Assembly (NCBI GenBank): GCA_964416335.1
Contig: CAYQDN010000004.1
Coordinates: 518 to 64,517, forward strand
Direction: 5' to 3'
DNA from: an uncultured Azospirillum sp.
Lineage (GTDB): Bacteria; Pseudomonadota; Alphaproteobacteria; CACIAM-22H2
DNA: 64,000 bases
Shown here: one piece after another, positions 55,503 to 64,000 of the stretch
How the letters are laid out: each line of letters starts with the position of its first letter
How positions within the stretch are numbered: position 1 is the stretch's first letter
Made by a program: the position numbers and the translations under genes
The notes under the pieces: model-generated
The model's input: the letters and a program-made list of their open reading frames with translations, nothing else
What the model was told of the DNA's origin: nothing
Database searches by the model: none

Positions 55503-56299
55503 GCCTGCGCTGGCCGTTGCGCGCGATCGCCCTCGTGCTCGTCGCGTTCGTGGTCTTCGGACCGCTCGCCAACCTGCTGATCTGGTCGGTGGCCGAGGCG
55601 TGGTTCTGGCCCAACAAGCTGCCCTCGCAATGGGGCTTCCGCTACTGGGACATCGTCTTCCGCCCCACGGGCCGCGCCATGGAATCGCTGTGGCTCAGCG
55701 TGTGGATCGCGCTGCTGACGACGGCCTGCTCGCTCGCCCTCTCGATCCCGGCGGGTTATGCGCTCGCCCGCGGCAGGCTGCCCTGGCGGCCGCTGGTGCT
55801 GCTGCTGTTCCTGCTGCCGCAGGCCTTCCCGAGCCTGCCGGTCTACATCAACATCGCGCGCATCTTCTTCGCCTTCGACCTCAACGGCACGGTCACGGGC
55901 GTGGTGCTCGTGCACACGGTGCACGGGCTCGTCTATTCGGTGTGGATCGCGACGGCCGCGTTCGCGGCGATCGAACCCGAACTGGAACAGGCCGCGCGCA
56001 ACATGGGGGCGAGTGCGCCCCGCACCTTCTTCGAGGTGACGCTGCCGCTGGCGCTGCCGGGGCTGGTGGCCAGCGCCATCTTCGTGTTCCTCGAATCGCT
56101 CGACGAATTCACCGGCAGCTTCTTCGTCGGCGCCCCCGAGGTGCGCACGCTGCCGCTGCTGCTCTACAACGCCGCCGCCGGCGGCAACATCCAGATCGCG
56201 TCGGTCTCGGCGCTGATCCTGCTCGTCCCGTCGGTCGGCTTCATGCTGCTGGTCGAACGCTTCCTCAAGGGCGAGGTGATGGCGAAGCTGGGGCGGTAG
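55499..56299 (+). CDS. ABC transporter permease (PotC-like)
   Basis: ATG 55499 overlaps the upstream stop (ATGA). EQAARNMGASAPRTFFEVTLPLALPG loop. Confidence 0.8.
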   Translation: MSLRWPLRAIALVLVAFVVFGPLANLLIWSVAEAWFWPNKLPSQWGFRYWDIVFRPTGRAMESLWLSVWIALLTTACSLALSIPAGYALARGRLPWRPLVLLLFLLPQAFPSLPVYINIARIFFAFDLNGTVTGVVLVHTVHGLVYSVWIATAAFAAIEPELEQAARNMGASAPRTFFEVTLPLALPGLVASAIFVFLESLDEFTGSFFVGAPEVRTLPLLLYNAAAGGNIQIASVSALILLVPSVGFMLLVERFLKGEVMAKLGR

Positions 56300-56312
56300 A
56301 CGGCAAATTTGA

Positions 56313-56410
56313 CCCGTCATGCCCGGCCTAGTGCCGGGCATCCACGACTTTTGTGATTTTGCCGCCGCCGAAGTCGTGGATGCCCGCGACAAGCGCGGGC
56401 ATGACGACGG
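56313..56410. repeat. REP/BIME-like repeat, family A, copy 4 (half-units in tail-to-tail order)
   Basis: CCCGTCATGCCCGGCCTAGTGCCGGGCATCCACGACTTTTGTGATT ... GAAGTCGTGGATGCCCGCGACAAGCGCGGGCATGACGACGG. Confidence 0.8.
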
Positions 56411-56424
56411 CGTCTCCGCCGTCG

Positions 56425-57714
56425 TCAGCTCCCCCAGATTTCCTTCGCCGCCGAGGCGTACCAGCCGTGCGTGTACATGGCCTCGTTGTGGCGGAAGGCC
56501 GCGGCATCCGGCGGCGTGCGCGGGCTGACGCCGCCCGCCCCCTGGACCGCGACGATCCCCTGCGGCGTTGCGCGGAAGATGTCGGCGACCGAAATGCCGT
56601 AGTCCGGCCCCACCAGCGAATAGCAGGTGTTGGCGTAGACCGGCGCTTCGGCCACGCGGCCGTTGAGGGCGGCTGCGATGGCGCGCGCCACGAACTTCGC
56701 CTGGCTCGACGCGGCGAAGCCCGATTTGGGCATCGCCCCCGCGATCGACGCGTCGCCGATCACGTGGATGTTCTTCTGGCGCGTGGATTCGAACGTGAAG
56801 GGATCGACGGGGCACCAGCCGGTGTCGTTGGCAAGGCCGGCGTCGCGCGCGATCTTTCCGGCGAACTGCGGCGGGATCACGTTGGCGACCGACGCCTTGT
56901 GCACGTGCCCGAATTCGCTGACCAGCGTCATCTCGCCGGGCTTCACCTCGACGATCTTGCCGTCCTTGCCCAGCGGCACCCATTCGATCAGGCCGGGATA
57001 GAGGGCGGCCCAGCCGTCCTGGAAGAGCGGCTGCTTGGAGAAGGCGTCCTTGGCGTCGAGGGCGAGGATCTTCGAGCGCGGCTTGGTCGTCTTGAGGTAG
57101 TTGGCGATCATCGAGATGCGCTCGTACGGCCCCGGCGGGCAGCGGAACGGATTGCCGGGGATCGACAGCACGACCGTGCCGCCGTCCGGCATCGCCTCGA
57201 GTTGCTGGCGCAGCAGCGTGGTCTGCGGGCCGGCCTGCCAGGCGTGCGGCATCGACGCAGCCGCCGCCTCGTCGTAGCCGGCGATGGCGCCCCAGCGCAT
57301 GTCCACGCCGGGCGAGACGACGAGCCGGTCGTAGGCGAAGCTCTGCCCGCCCGCCGTGCGCACGGTGCGCGCGACAGGATCGATCGCCACGGCCGTGTCG
57401 CGCACGTGGCGCACGCCATGCGTACCGGTGAGGGCCGAATAGGTGTGGGTGATGTCGGCGAGTTTCTTGAGGCCCCCGATGACGTAGTTCGAGCCGGGGC
57501 AGGTCGTGAACTCGCCCTTGGGTTCGATCAGCGTGACGGCGATGCCGGGATCCTCGAGGCGGATGAACTTCGCCGCGGTCGCCCCGCCGAAGCCGCCGCC
57601 GATGACGACGACGCGCGCCTTGGCGGGCGCTTCGCCGACGGCACAGCCGGAAAGGGCGGAGGCGGCGAGCAGCGAGCCGGTGAAGCCGCGACGGGAAAGC
57701 GTGGTCGGGGTCAT
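56425..57714 (-). CDS. fccB: Flavocytochrome c sulfide dehydrogenase flavoprotein subunit (FccB/SoxF-like), Tat signal
   Basis: Start MTPTTLSRRGFTGSLLAASALSGCA (twin-arginine motif) at 57714 with GAGGGAG RBS. FAD motif VVVIGGGFGGATAAK. Confidence 0.8.
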   Translation of the reverse strand: MTPTTLSRRGFTGSLLAASALSGCAVGEAPAKARVVVIGGGFGGATAAKFIRLEDPGIAVTLIEPKGEFTTCPGSNYVIGGLKKLADITHTYSALTGTHGVRHVRDTAVAIDPVARTVRTAGGQSFAYDRLVVSPGVDMRWGAIAGYDEAAAASMPHAWQAGPQTTLLRQQLEAMPDGGTVVLSIPGNPFRCPPGPYERISMIANYLKTTKPRSKILALDAKDAFSKQPLFQDGWAALYPGLIEWVPLGKDGKIVEVKPGEMTLVSEFGHVHKASVANVIPPQFAGKIARDAGLANDTGWCPVDPFTFESTRQKNIHVIGDASIAGAMPKSGFAASSQAKFVARAIAAALNGRVAEAPVYANTCYSLVGPDYGISVADIFRATPQGIVAVQGAGGVSPRTPPDAAAFRHNEAMYTHGWYASAAKEIWGS

Positions 57715-57725
57715 GTGCATCTCCC

Positions 57726-58040
57726 TCAGCGCCAGTTGGCGGAAATTTCCTTGGCGAGGGCGACGATCTCGTCGTCGCTGAAGCCCTTGGCGTGGCGGTT
57801 CATCACCGTCGCCGGGCGGCGATCGGTCTTGAATTCCTGCATCGCCTGGACGATCTGCGCCTCGGTCCGTCCGAAGATCGACGGGATCTCGCCCGCACTG
57901 TGCCCGGCCGGCCCGTGGCAGCCCGTGCAGGTCGCCGCGAGCGTGCGTCCGCCGGGCGGCGGCGGGGACTGGGCGAAGGCGGGGCTGGCTGCGGCGATCA
58001 GCCCCAGGGCGACGAGTGCATGCCGGATCGGGAATTCCAT
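57726..58040 (-). CDS. fccA: Monohaem cytochrome c subunit (FccA/SoxE-like), signal peptide
   Basis: CTGCH haem-binding motif. Start MEFPIRHALVALGL at 58040 with AGGGAGGAA RBS; the ORF extends to 58067. Confidence 0.75.
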   Translation of the reverse strand: MEFPIRHALVALGLIAAASPAFAQSPPPPGGRTLAATCTGCHGPAGHSAGEIPSIFGRTEAQIVQAMQEFKTDRRPATVMNRHAKGFSDDEIVALAKEISANWR

Positions 58041-58207
58041 GGCCGTCGTTCCTCCCTGAATTTCCATTCAGTTCAAGCAAGTATGCGTTGACCCGCGCGG
58101 GCTTGGCAAGGCGCGTTGCCTCTGTAGTCCGAAGGACGTGCGCGCGACAATCGAACGATTCCAAACACCTCCTTTAGTTCGGCGGGCATCGAGAGTACAA
58201 CACCCCG

Positions 58208-59257
58208 ATGCTCGTCGACCTCGTCCTCAGCTTCGCCACACCCCAAGGTCGCGACCCGCAGCCGGCGTTCGAGGATTATTTCGCGCTGGCGCGCCAGGCC
58301 GACCGCGCGGACTTCGCCGGCCTGTGGGTCTCCGAGAGCCACTTCCAGGGCGACTATTCCAAGGCCGCGTGCCCCGACATGCTGCTGGCCGGCCTCGCGC
58401 GCGAGACGCGCAACCTGCAGCTCGGCTACGGCGTGTTCCCGATGCCGATCCACGATCCGCTGCGCGTGGCCGAGAAGCTCGCCACGCTCGATTTGATGTC
58501 GAACGGCCGGGCGATGTGGGCGGTGGGGCGCGGGACGACGGCGACCGAACTGCAGGCCTTCGGCGTTCCCTACGACCAGGCGCTCGCGCGCATGATCGAG
58601 GGGCTGGGCGAGCTTCGCAACATCCTGATGCGCGGCGAGGTCGAGCGCAACGGCGTGCGCGAGCCGGTCAACCCGTCGCCCAACGCGCGGCTGGTGCGCG
58701 GCTGGATGGCCTGCCTCGGCACCAAGGCCTTCGATCTCGCGGCCGATCTCGGCATGGACGCGCGCTGCGGCCCCTTCGAGCCGTGGCCGATCGCGGCACA
58801 GAATCTCGCGCGCTATCGCGAACGTTACCCGCAGGGACAGAGCGCCTTCACGCTCGGCGCCTTCGTGCACGAGGACCGCGCCGAGGCGCGCCGGCTCGCC
58901 GGCCCGGGGCTCGGCTGGCTCTACCGGCGCATCCTCGACATCTCGGGGCCGGTGCTGAAGGCGCAGATCGAGACGGACGAGGCGATGGCCCCGTTCCGCT
59001 GGATGCTGCCGCTGGTCGAGCGGCCGCTTTCGCTGCCTGCCCTCGAAGCACTGGGTCTTGTGGTCGTCGGCACGCCCGACGATCTCGTACGCCAGCTCGA
59101 AAAGCTGGCCGCCAGCGGCCTCACGCGCGTGTCGCTGCTGCTGGGGGCCGGGGACGTGGCGCGCGACGCCCTGCTCGAGGCCTGCGCCCTGATCGGCGCC
59201 AAGGTCCTGCCGCATGTCGCCGAGCCGCGGATCGTCGCCGAAGACCTGCTAGCCTGA
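58208..59257 (+). CDS. LLM-class flavin-dependent oxidoreductase (luciferase-like monooxygenase)
   Basis: ORF 58208..59257. TIM-barrel LLM signatures (LWVSESHF, MWAVGRGTTATEL). Confidence 0.8.
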   Translation: MLVDLVLSFATPQGRDPQPAFEDYFALARQADRADFAGLWVSESHFQGDYSKAACPDMLLAGLARETRNLQLGYGVFPMPIHDPLRVAEKLATLDLMSNGRAMWAVGRGTTATELQAFGVPYDQALARMIEGLGELRNILMRGEVERNGVREPVNPSPNARLVRGWMACLGTKAFDLAADLGMDARCGPFEPWPIAAQNLARYRERYPQGQSAFTLGAFVHEDRAEARRLAGPGLGWLYRRILDISGPVLKAQIETDEAMAPFRWMLPLVERPLSLPALEALGLVVVGTPDDLVRQLEKLAASGLTRVSLLLGAGDVARDALLEACALIGAKVLPHVAEPRIVAEDLLA

Positions 59258-59366
59258 TATTTAATCTTTGTTTTCCAATGGTTTGGACAAATCTCCAGCC
59301 ATTTGATGTGGATCAAGGAATCCTCCACCCCCGGATTGGATACTGGCCTCGTCGAAGGAGCCCCCG

Positions 59367-59555
59367 ATGACCTGCGCCCAGACCTGCCACGGCGAACAGA
59401 GCCCGACCGAAAAGGCCGCTTGCCTTACCACCTGCTCGCGCGTCGAGCGTATGGTCCACAATTTCCTGCGTCCGGATGCCGCCTCGCTCGACATCGTCGC
59501 CGCGCAAGCGCAGATGCTGGCGGCCCTCGGCTCGCGCACGTTCCCGCGCCTCTGA
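59367..59555 (+). CDS. Small Cys-rich hypothetical protein (62 aa) with twin Cx3C motifs
   Basis: GAAGGAG RBS 7 nt upstream. CAQTC and CLTTC motifs. Preceded by an AT-rich 70-bp stretch. Confidence 0.35.
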   Translation: MTCAQTCHGEQSPTEKAACLTTCSRVERMVHNFLRPDAASLDIVAAQAQMLAALGSRTFPRL

Positions 59556-59627
59556 TCGCGCGTTGACGCTCGCCATCGCGGACTGGCAGTCTCCCGCCAG
59601 CCAGCAAACGAAACCGGGAGACCTCCG

Positions 59628-60650
59628 ATGAAGCGCGTGATCGTCCGACTTGCGGCACTTGCCGGCATTGCATTTGCCGCACCCGCCGCACTCGCCCAGA
59701 CGCCGGTCCCGGTCAAGTTCGCGCTCGACTGGGCGCTGCAGGGAAACCACGCCGTCTTCTCGATGGCGCTCGACAAGGGCCTCTACGCGAAGGAAGGCCT
59801 CGCGGTCACGATGGATCGCGGCTTCGGCTCGGGCGACACGGTTACGAAGATCGCCTCGGGTGCCTACGACATCGGCTATGCCGATCTCAACACCGTCATC
59901 CCGTTCGACGCCAATCCGGCGAACGCGAACAAGATCACCGGCGTGCTGCTGGTGATGGACCAGTCGCTCGCCGCCGTGATCCTGCGAAAAGGCGCCGTCG
60001 CCAGCCCCAAGGGCCTCGAAGGCAAGAAGCTCGCGGCCCCCGAGGCCGATGCCGGCCGCATGCTGTTCCCGGCCTTCGCGAAGGCGCAGGGCATCGACAT
60101 GGCGAAAATCACCTGGCAGACGGTCACGCCGCAGCTGCGCGAGACGCTGCTGGTCCAGAAGCAGGTCGACGGCGTCACCGGCTTCATCTCGACCAGCGTG
60201 TTCAACATCAAGATGGCCGGCGTGGCGCCGTCCGACCTGATGGTCTACCGCTACAACGACTACGGCGTCGACCTGCTGGGCTCGGCCCTGATCGTCAGCC
60301 AGGCCTTCGCCGAGAAGAACCCCGAGACGGTGCGCAAGTTCGTGCGCGCCTCGATCGCCGGCATCCGCGAAGCGCTCGCCGATCCCAAGGCGGGCATGCT
60401 GCAGCTCAAGCAGCGCGATCCGCTGTTCAACGAGGCGATCGAGCTCGAGCGCTTCGAGATGGTGCGCGACCTCACGATGCTAACCGACAACGTGAAGCGC
60501 AACGGCCTGTCGTCGGTCCCCGCCGACCGGCTGGCGAAATCGGTCGAGACGGTGGCGCAGGCCTACGACGTGGCCGGCAAGGTCAAGCCGGCGGACGTCT
60601 ATACCGACCGCTTCCTGCCGCCGCCGGCCGAACGGCGCATCGTTCCCTGA
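59628..60650 (+). CDS. NMT1/THI5-like ABC transporter substrate-binding protein (sulfonate/nitrate/taurine family), signal peptide
   Basis: ORF 59628..60650. MKRVIVRLAALAGIAFAAPAALAQ signal peptide. Family-3-like SBP fold. Confidence 0.75.
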   Translation: MKRVIVRLAALAGIAFAAPAALAQTPVPVKFALDWALQGNHAVFSMALDKGLYAKEGLAVTMDRGFGSGDTVTKIASGAYDIGYADLNTVIPFDANPANANKITGVLLVMDQSLAAVILRKGAVASPKGLEGKKLAAPEADAGRMLFPAFAKAQGIDMAKITWQTVTPQLRETLLVQKQVDGVTGFISTSVFNIKMAGVAPSDLMVYRYNDYGVDLLGSALIVSQAFAEKNPETVRKFVRASIAGIREALADPKAGMLQLKQRDPLFNEAIELERFEMVRDLTMLTDNVKRNGLSSVPADRLAKSVETVAQAYDVAGKVKPADVYTDRFLPPPAERRIVP

Positions 60651-60651
60651 G

Positions 60652-61041
60652 CTAGCCCGCCAGATAGCGCGCGATCGAGCGCTTGTAGCCTTCGGGCATG
60701 ACGAGGCCGGCGATCTCGCCGGGTGCGAAAAGCCCCAGCGCCTTGTGCTCGTGGCTGAGACGCGGCACCACACCGGCAAGCGGCGCACAGGCATAGGTGA
60801 CGATCAGCACCTCGCCCGATCCCCTGATGTCGTAGAGCCAGGAATCGAGGATGCGCGTGACGCGCGCGGCGAGCCCCAGTTCCTCGTCGATCTCGCGCAC
60901 GCAGGCGGCGACGGGATCCTCGCCGGCTTCGAGCCGGCCGCCCGGTAGTTCCCATTCGGCGCGCTCGTTCTTCAACAGGCAGAACTTTCCGTCGATCGCG
61001 ACCACGCCCTTGATCGAGACGGGGAAGCAAGGCGTGCTCAT
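60652..61041 (-). CDS. NUDIX hydrolase
   Basis: Start MSTPCFPVSI at 61041. Nudix box GGRLEAGEDPVAACVREIDEELG. Confidence 0.8.
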   Translation of the reverse strand: MSTPCFPVSIKGVVAIDGKFCLLKNERAEWELPGGRLEAGEDPVAACVREIDEELGLAARVTRILDSWLYDIRGSGEVLIVTYACAPLAGVVPRLSHEHKALGLFAPGEIAGLVMPEGYKRSIARYLAG

Positions 61042-62138
61042 GTGCGCGCGAAGACCGCTTTGAAGGCCCCGGCAAGCGAGCCTTCCTCGAGATAGCGCAG
61101 GCCGAGCACGCCGCCCGCAAGGATCGCCAGCACCGCGATGACCGAGCCGGCGGCAAGCGTCGACACGCCCGTGATGCCCTGGCCGATCGTGCAGCCCAGT
61201 GCCGTGACACCGCCGGCCCCCATCAGCGCCGCACCGGAAAGGTGGCGCAGCAGGTCGCCCTTGTCGGTGAAGCTCTCGACGCGGAACTCGCCCGAGGCCT
61301 TCGCCGCGCCGAACGCGCCGCAGACCACGCCGAGCACGCCGGCCACGCCGAAGCCGATCTTCGTGCCGGTCCATGTCATCGCGTAGATCAGCGTGTCGCC
61401 GATGGGAGCGACGAAGGTGAACGAGGCAAGCGGCGTGGGATCGAAATCGTCGTCGCCGATCAGCCCCGTGATCGCCCAGCCGGCGACGACGAGCAGGCCG
61501 ATGCCGATCCCCGCCGCGACGTCGCGCCGGCTGGCGCGGAAGCCCGCATCCTTGAAGCAGAACCAGCCGAGGCAAGCGACCGCGAGGGCGGCGAGCGCCG
61601 CGCGCGCCGTGCTTTCGGGCAGGCCGGATTTCGCGGCGATCTCCGGCAGCCCTTGCGTGGCGAGGCCCATGCGCTTGAGGTCGATCGCGGCGGTCTCGAT
61701 CGTGGCGACGCGCAAGGCGCCGGTGAGGCCGCGCAGCGTCATGTAGGCGAAGATGGCGAGGACGAGGAAGACGACGAGGCTCTTGAGGTTGCCGGCCCCC
61801 AGCCGCACCAGCGTGCGGCTGCCGCAGCCGCCGGCGATCGTCATGCCGAAGCCGAACAGCAGGCCGCCGGCGACCGCACCCAGCCAGCCGAGGCTGGGGG
61901 CCAGATAGATCGACTTGCCGAGATCGACGAGACCTGCCGCATGCAGCAGCTGGCTGCCGGCGATCGCCACCGCCATCGCGAGCAGCCAGGCCCGCATGCG
62001 GTTATAGTTTTCGAGGAACAAGATGTCGGACAGCGCCCCCATCGTGCAGAAGTTGGTGCGCTGCGCGATCGCGCCGAACGCGATTCCGGCGGCGAACGCC
62101 CAGAGGGCGACGAGCTGGTGGACGGGCAGGTCTGACAT
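61038..62138 (-). CDS. YeeE/YedE-family sulfur-compound (thiosulfate) transporter
   Basis: Start MSDLPVHQLV at 62138. Two repeats, each with a conserved Cys (FCTMGAL, LGCTIGQG). Stop overlaps the NUDIX ATG (ATGA). Confidence 0.8.
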   Translation of the reverse strand: MSDLPVHQLVALWAFAAGIAFGAIAQRTNFCTMGALSDILFLENYNRMRAWLLAMAVAIAGSQLLHAAGLVDLGKSIYLAPSLGWLGAVAGGLLFGFGMTIAGGCGSRTLVRLGAGNLKSLVVFLVLAIFAYMTLRGLTGALRVATIETAAIDLKRMGLATQGLPEIAAKSGLPESTARAALAALAVACLGWFCFKDAGFRASRRDVAAGIGIGLLVVAGWAITGLIGDDDFDPTPLASFTFVAPIGDTLIYAMTWTGTKIGFGVAGVLGVVCGAFGAAKASGEFRVESFTDKGDLLRHLSGAALMGAGGVTALGCTIGQGITGVSTLAAGSVIAVLAILAGGVLGLRYLEEGSLAGAFKAVFART

Positions 62139-62211
62139 CGCGCGAATGTAGCCCTTGCCCGGATCGCGCGACAACCCGTAAGGTTCCGGCGATTTTCCGG
62201 GGGACCGAGAA

Positions 62212-62439
62212 ATGACCGTCACGACGCTCGACGTAAAAGGCCTGAACTGCCCGCTGCCGGTGCTGCGCGCCAAGAAGACGTTCGGCACGGTGCCGGCCGG
62301 CGGCACGCTGCGCGTGCTGGCGACCGATCCCGGTGCCGTGAAGGACTTCGAGGCCTTCTGCCATGCCACCGGCGCCACGCTTGCCAGCGTGACCGAGACC
62401 GACGGCGTGTTCGTGTTCGAGATCACGAAGGCGGCCTGA
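62212..62439 (+). CDS. tusA: TusA-family sulfurtransferase
   Basis: LDVKGLNCPLPVLRAKK contains the CPxP active-site motif. Divergent from yeeE. Confidence 0.85.
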   Translation: MTVTTLDVKGLNCPLPVLRAKKTFGTVPAGGTLRVLATDPGAVKDFEAFCHATGATLASVTETDGVFVFEITKAA

Positions 62440-62508
62440 TCCGGGCATGCCCGCCATGCCGGATTGGCGCGAGCCGCCGCGGGCAGGCGCCATGCTAGCC
62501 TTGCTTCC

Positions 62509-63420
62509 ATGATCGAACGCCAGCATCGCAGCGAGGGCCTGTGGCTCCTCGCCCTCCTCGCAATCTTCTGGGGTGCGAACTGGCCGGCGATGAAGCTTGC
62601 CGTGGGCGAGCTTGGCCCCTGGACCTTCCGCGTCGTGTGCGTCTATGTCGGGGCCGCGGGGCTCTTCGCGCTTGCCAAGGTGCGCCGCATCCCGCTCGGG
62701 CTGCCGCGCGGGCGCGAGGTCGTGTTCGCGATGACTGCCATCCTCAACATCGCGATCTGGCAGGTGACGTCGGCCTACGGGCTCAAATTCATGTCGGCCG
62801 GGCGCGCCGTCCTCGTTGCCTTCACGATGCCGATCTGGGCCGCCGTGTTCGGCGCCATCTTCGTGGGCGACAGATTCACGCCGCGCAAGACGCTGGCGCT
62901 CGCCTTCGGCGTGGCGGGCCTCGGCCTGCTGGCGCTTCCGGCGAGCGACACGCTGACCAATTCGCTGGCCGGGCTCGGCCTGATGCTGGCCGCGGCCGTC
63001 GGCTGGGCGGCGGGGACCGTCACGCTCAAGGCGCAGCGCTTCCCGATGTCGGCGGTGAGCCTGACCGCCTGGCAGCTCGCCATCGCCGGCGTGCCGCTGG
63101 TCTTCGGCATGGTGTGGTTCGAGATCCTCGGGCCGGAAGGGGCGATCCTGCCCAAGGGCGGTTTCACGCTGCCCGGCTTCGTCGGGGCCGCCTATGCCGC
63201 GACGGTGCCGATGATCTTCTGCCACTGGGCGTGGTTCCGCACCCTCGAGATCCTGCCGGCCTCGGTCGCGTCGATCGGCACGCTCGCGGTTCCGGTCGTC
63301 GGCGTGCTGTCGTCGGCCCTGCTGATCGGCGAAGCGCTGGGCTGGGCCGAGATCCTGTCGATGGTGTGCGTCGTGGCCGCACTCGCACTGGCGCTGATCG
63401 AGCCGCGCCGTACGTCCTAG
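62509..63420 (+). CDS. DMT-superfamily (EamA-like) transporter
   Basis: ATG 62509 inside ORF 62464..63420. Ten TM helices in two EamA repeats. Confidence 0.75.
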   Translation: MIERQHRSEGLWLLALLAIFWGANWPAMKLAVGELGPWTFRVVCVYVGAAGLFALAKVRRIPLGLPRGREVVFAMTAILNIAIWQVTSAYGLKFMSAGRAVLVAFTMPIWAAVFGAIFVGDRFTPRKTLALAFGVAGLGLLALPASDTLTNSLAGLGLMLAAAVGWAAGTVTLKAQRFPMSAVSLTAWQLAIAGVPLVFGMVWFEILGPEGAILPKGGFTLPGFVGAAYAATVPMIFCHWAWFRTLEILPASVASIGTLAVPVVGVLSSALLIGEALGWAEILSMVCVVAALALALIEPRRTS

Positions 63421-64000
63421 TCGGCGGCGATCTTGTCGGGCGGATTGGCGGCACGCGCGGCCGCTTTCCTCGCCTGCCGGCGATGGACGAGATAGAGGAT
63501 CGACGCCGAGAAGACGAACACGCCGAGCATGATGTAGAGGAAGTTGTTGGCGATATCGCCCATCGCCGCTTCCAGCGCGCTGCCGAACATGTAGCCGAAG
63601 CCGGCGAAGGACAGCGCCCACACGAACGCCGCGATGAAGTTGAGAAGGGCGAAGCGCACCGGGTGCACGCGCGCCATGCCCATCGCGAACGAGGCGAAGT
63701 TGCGCACGCCGTAGACGAAGCGGAACGACAGGATGAACCATTTGTCGTAGCGCTTGAGCATCTCGAGCGCCCCGTCCACGCCCGTGCGCCAGCCCGGCCG
63801 CTTTTCGAGGATCTGGACGCCGTAGCGCCGCCCCAGCCAGAACCACATCTGGTCGCCGGTGAAACTGCCCAGCCAGGCCGTGATCAGGAGCATCCAGAAA
63901 TGCAGCGTGCCCTGCTGGGCCGCGGCACCGGCAAAGATCACGAAGGTCTCGCCCTCGAGGAACGTCCACAGGAAGATGACGACATAGACGAGGGTGCCGT
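63417..64000 (-). CDS. DedA-family membrane protein, 5' end beyond the window edge
   Basis: ORF 63417..63941 starts at a GTG. The in-frame sequence upstream to 64000 (TLVYVVIFLWTFLEGETF) continues the DedA N-terminal motif, so the gene extends past position 64000. Confidence 0.7.
   Translation of the reverse strand, partial: GTLVYVVIFLWTFLEGETFVIFAGAAAQQGTLHFWMLLITAWLGSFTGDQMWFWLGRRYGVQILEKRPGWRTGVDGALEMLKRYDKWFILSFRFVYGVRNFASFAMGMARVHPVRFALLNFIAAFVWALSFAGFGYMFGSALEAAMGDIANNFLYIMLGVFVFSASILYLVHRRQARKAAARAANPPDKIAAD

Noticed and set aside
59367-59390. Possible haem-binding motif in the small Cys ORF (CAQTCH)
   Set aside because: The spacing is Cx3CH, not the canonical CxxCH. There is no signal peptide for periplasmic haem attachment.

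Overview
This 64 kb window has high GC, roughly 65-68% by eye, and its protein families look alphaproteobacterial: a flagellin with a sigma-54-type promoter, AapJQM-like and DppBC-like transporters, and TAXI-TRAP. It is densely coding chromosomal DNA with no rRNA, tRNA, CRISPR, integrase or transposase. Contents, left to right:
- a broken dppDF ATPase pair;
- a (-)-strand operon of an FAD oxidoreductase plus a peptide/opine-type SBP;
- an HCCA-isomerase/SDR pair;
- manC-ilvA;
- a UspA-family protein;
- an SBP-dppB-dppC operon;
- pyrE;
- a Pro/Ala-rich SH3-like membrane protein;
- a solitary flagellin;
- a crotonase plus family-III CoA-transferase pair;
- an orphan histidine kinase and a small HTH protein;
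- a YeiH exporter, an M24 peptidase and a glycosyltransferase;
- a TPP-enzyme/Fhs/EamA operon with ArsR and DUF1127 neighbours;
- a degenerate HigB/HigA-like toxin-antitoxin pair;
- an aminotransferase/DgoK-like/dehydrogenase/TAXI-TRAP catabolic cluster;
- a cytochrome c peroxidase;
- a secreted alpha/beta hydrolase;
- a Crp/Fnr regulator with two DUF2628-like paralogs;
- a PEP-mutase/RraA-like/SDR set beside an aapJQM operon that lacks its ATPase;
- a PotA-type ABC system;
- a sulfur module (fccAB-like, LLM oxidoreductase, NMT1 SBP, YeeE-NUDIX, TusA);
- two DMT exporters and a truncated DedA.

Features that the gene content does not explain:
- a REP/BIME-like palindromic repeat family in 4 intergenic copies;
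- a second nested-palindrome element in 2 copies, one forming the 3' end of a gene;
- two low-GC islets (about 24.2-25.3 kb and 39.4-40.1 kb) carrying hypothetical genes of unknown function;
- several anomalous gene structures.
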